From Trichosphaerium sp. ATCC 40318 (taxonomy: Eukaryota > Protista > Tubulinea), in NCBI GenBank assembly GCA_038496445.1, contig JALMLS010000354.1, positions 310,001 through 374,000 of the forward strand: DNA of 64,000 nt, given 5' to 3'. Position numbers and translations under genes: made by a program. Under the pieces are notes generated by a model. The model was not told the DNA's origin and searched no databases. It was given only the letters and a program-made list of their open reading frames with translations. Of the stretch, positions 60,934-64,000 are shown one piece after another; the first letter of the stretch is position 1; each line of letters opens with the position of its first letter.

Positions 60934-63700
60934 CTAGTACTTTGTATAGCGTTCAAGGTTAGGTCTCCTAATATCCTCGAATGAAGGCTCATTTTTAACG
61001 GTAGCAGCAACATCACCAATATCCTTGCTTGTCTTATTAGCAAGGATAACATCAAGTTGTCCTTGAACACGTAAGAGTGCTTTTTGTAATTGTACTTCTT
61101 GCTCAATAGTTTCCACAAGTGAATGAAATATCTTGTCAGTAGCAGGTGATTGACCAACGAATGGACCATAAAAATCTACAACAAAAGTAAGAACCACACA
61201 AAGCACAAACAAAAAAAGTTTTGATGAAGTTTTCATCTTCAGTTTAAAAAAAGACTTGGTTTAAGTACCTAGGACAATGTGTACAGCAGGTAGTAGCGCT
61301 TGAGCGTAAAATGGGTTGCCAATACTTCTATTTAAGAAATATAATAAAGGTTTAAGGCTACTGTTATCGAACATGGATAGAGCATTTTCCAAGCGACCAC
61401 GTCTTAAAAATAAGTCAGAAAAAAAATTTGCGAACAAAAAATGTACCTCATCAAGTCAATGATAAGTCCAATAGTTATTGGTGCGGCATCATGCTATGAC
61501 AGCGTTAGTAAAAAATAAAGTTCTTTTAGAATTGCGTACCCTTATGGACATCTGGAGTGCTTTTTTATGCTGAAATTCCCTTGATAATTTATTTACAGAT
61601 ACAGGTGTGCGTTGCTCAACAGATGAATGAAGTTTTTTGATAAATTCAGCGTCAGATTCCTGGATTAAACATAATAATAAGTATAAAGTATTAAAAAAAA
61701 TCAATAGTCTATGTGAGCGTGCTTCACATTGCAATACAAAAAAAGCCGAAAAAAAAGTGAAATTTCACTTTTCACCTCTGCGGGCTTTTTTGAACCAAAT
61801 TGTTGGTTGAACGTACGTATGCAAAGTGAGCCAAATTAGCAACACGAATACGATGGCTTGTAGTAGCAGAAAAATCGTTTTTGAATTTAAGGCGTGATGA
61901 GATATACCCATTAGCCATACCAGTTACGAGACAATCACGTTCTTCCTGCGAAACAAATTAGTACAAAAAATGTCTTGTTTAAAATTTGTTTTCGTACATC
62001 TTGGAAGTATTGCATGCAAGTCAGCTCGCTTGGGTATTTGATAGAATGCAACAGGTTGTATTTATTTGTGTCATATATTTTTACTACTTTGTCTTCGCCT
62101 GTAGGTAAGCAGTGAGTGAAAAGAAGTCTTTTTCGAAAGTAATATAATTTGGTTTATCAAGCACGTACCAGCAATGAAGAGTCGACCACGTGAATCATCA
62201 TGAGATAAACATGTGACAGCACGAGGTAAATTTGTAATTTCGGTAAGCATCTTTCCACCTACTACGTCCCATCCACGAACAGTTCTTCCACCTTTTTTTC
62301 ATTAATTAGTCACAAACGTAAAATACTTAAGCATTTCTTAATTAAATAAAAAAGCGAACCTCCAGAGTAAATCAATTGGCCACCAGGTGTAAATTGAACA
62401 CTTGTGACAGGTTCTCCGTGTTGCCATGTTTGTACACATTTGCCTGCACGAATATCCCATAAACTATAGAAGAGTAAGATTAATGTTAAATACTCTTTTT
62501 TTGGGATAATTGTTTTCTCATCAATTACATACCGAAGGGATTTATCATAAGAACCAGTTGCCCACATATTCATACTCGAGCTATTGATGTCACCTGCACG
62601 CACATAATCCTTTTTTAAAAAATGAGCAAACGACCATTTAACACACAAAATCATTGTAAGAATATCAAATAAACGCACTGTATGGCCTTCCATTTTAAAT
62701 TGTTCAAAGTCACGTGATTCAGTAATATCCCAACCGCGTACAGTCCGGTCATCACCAGCTGTCATTAGCATAGGCATTTCACCAAATTTACAATACCTCA
62801 CAGCGCTAATACCAACAATTAAGAATATACTCGAACAAGGAGATAAAAAGAAATTGCACTTTCTCAGCTAACTTGCAACTACTTCTTTTGATGATGATTC
62901 AAAAAATAAACTTCTTCGTACCCTTTATGTCTCTTTTTAAGCATAATAATACGCTTAAGTTCTATACTATCCCATACATGTATAATACCTTCTTGAGAGC
63001 CTGCAGATCGTTAGTAAAAAGCACCAATTCGGGAAGGTAAAAAAGGGAAATAAATCATTGCAATAAATTACCAGCAGCGATGAGTTTGCCGTCCCCTGGC
63101 CTGTATGTAACGCCATAAAGTGGCGATTTAGCGTAAGTGCGCTTGGAATGGAATGATTTTGATGTCTCGTAAATGTATATCTAGGTAGACTGTGAGCTGT
63201 TGCAACGCTCCATGAGGCTACTGATTCGAACACCAAATTAAAACAACGTTAAGTATTCCTTTACGCGTAGAAATGCTTTGTACGTGCGCGCAAACGTTAT
63301 CTTTATGCGTACGTCAGTGTGTGATGTAACAGCGTAGCGTTTTCCTGATGGATGAAAATCAACGCTTGTTACGCCTGCTCCTTTGGCTGTGTTGGTTATA
63401 CGTGTGAGAATTGGCCACTATTGGGCCATTAGCCAAAAAGTAACAAATTGTTTTTCTTACTCTAAAATCTTGCCAAAACAACGATTCTGTTGTTTTACTG
63501 CCCTTTCCAACTGGTATTTGCTTGATATCAATATTTACATCTGGTACATATCTCTGAGCAACATTTGAGCGCAGTGTAGGCACATCTTGTTTATTTGGTG
63601 GCGGTCCACGCTTTTTGTTCTTGTTAGGCCTTTTCCTCCTTTGATCACTACGTCTACGTCCTGGAGACTTTCTATTATCACCACGAGCACGGAATGCCAT
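60934..63700 (-). CDS. UTP15: U3 snoRNA-associated protein 15 (WD40 + UTP15_C)
   Basis: N-terminal TTESLFWQDF, WD repeats GDDRTVRGWD / HTDYVR / TGSYDKSLRLWD / HGEPV, and C-terminal RRGRLENAL...DFYGPFVGQSP...QEVQLQKALLRVQGQLDVIL. Confidence 0.9.
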
Positions 63701-63814
63701 GTTACAATGAAGGAAATAGCAAAGAAAATCAAGTAAATTTCTGACAAGGCTTTCATTTGGTCGTTTTTTTTGTTTTTAATGTCCTATTTTATTGTTACAA
63801 TTGCCGTAGGCATT

Positions 63815-64000
63815 TTAAGATACTTCACTTCCTTCTTGGTTTGGCATTGCGTATCCCAAAGGAAGCTTTAGAATACCGTTTGTCATAAAGTCCTCAATAA
63901 CTGCAGCTAGCTCTTGGGGAACTTCACGTGCTATACTGTGTCCTATTGCATGTATCAGTGTATGTTTACAAGAAAGGAAAACAATGATAACTGCAATTTA
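63815..64000 (-). CDS. 3' end of a probable alpha/beta-hydrolase gene (partial)
   Basis: Last exon GHSIAREVPQELAAVIEDFM matches the catalytic-His GH-x4-E-x-P...I-x-x-F pattern. Stop TAA at 63815. Confidence 0.6.

Noticed and set aside
60934-61236. Stand-alone 100-aa signal-peptide ORF
   Set aside because: The hydrophobic start is intron sequence; the rest is the last exon of UTP15.
1-64000. CRISPR arrays, rRNA, AT-AC (U12-type) introns, transposase/RT genes
   Set aside because: No repeat-spacer arrays, rRNA signatures, AT-AC junctions or transposase/RT motifs seen.

Overview
Gene-dense, AT-rich (roughly 35% GC by eye) nuclear DNA from an intron-rich microbial eukaryote. An amoebozoan-like gene repertoire is plausible, but the taxon cannot be fixed from sequence alone. 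The ORF track is fragmented because nearly every gene is split by short (mostly 40-60 nt) spliceosomal introns. By manual splicing I find about 19 genes: cytoplasmic dynein heavy chain (5'-partial, ~92 introns), a questin-oxidase-family protein, a small multi-pass membrane protein, a Cys-rich secreted peptide with an apparent frameshift, an F-box-like/MORN-variant repeat protein, a DH-PH RhoGEF, an STK32/YANK kinase, a BTB-like protein with tandem acidic PPL repeats, an ankyrin-metallophosphoesterase fusion, an intronless F-box-like/Ubl-like protein, an atypical WRKY transcription factor (WRNIGGR, invisible in the ORF track), a syntaxin-like protein, ERH, an LRR-PP2C, a SAM-filamin-IQ-DH-PH RhoGEF, a bacterial-type SMI1/KNR4 protein, a NYN/PIN-like protein, a type I membrane protein with a His/Gly tail, UTP15, and the 3' end of an alpha/beta hydrolase. 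The most notable signals are (i) the non-canonical WRKY, (ii) a splicing/chromatin signature of frequent GC-AG donors, AAG acceptors, ~195-nt intron spacing and strong intronic CACGTG enrichment, (iii) intron-bearing bacterial/viral-type genes (SMI1/KNR4 and MORN), and (iv) a BTB protein whose tail resembles repeated Hsp90/Hsp110 C-terminal motifs. No rRNA, tRNA or CRISPR is supported. All counts are by eye and all family calls come from motif recognition, not database searches.
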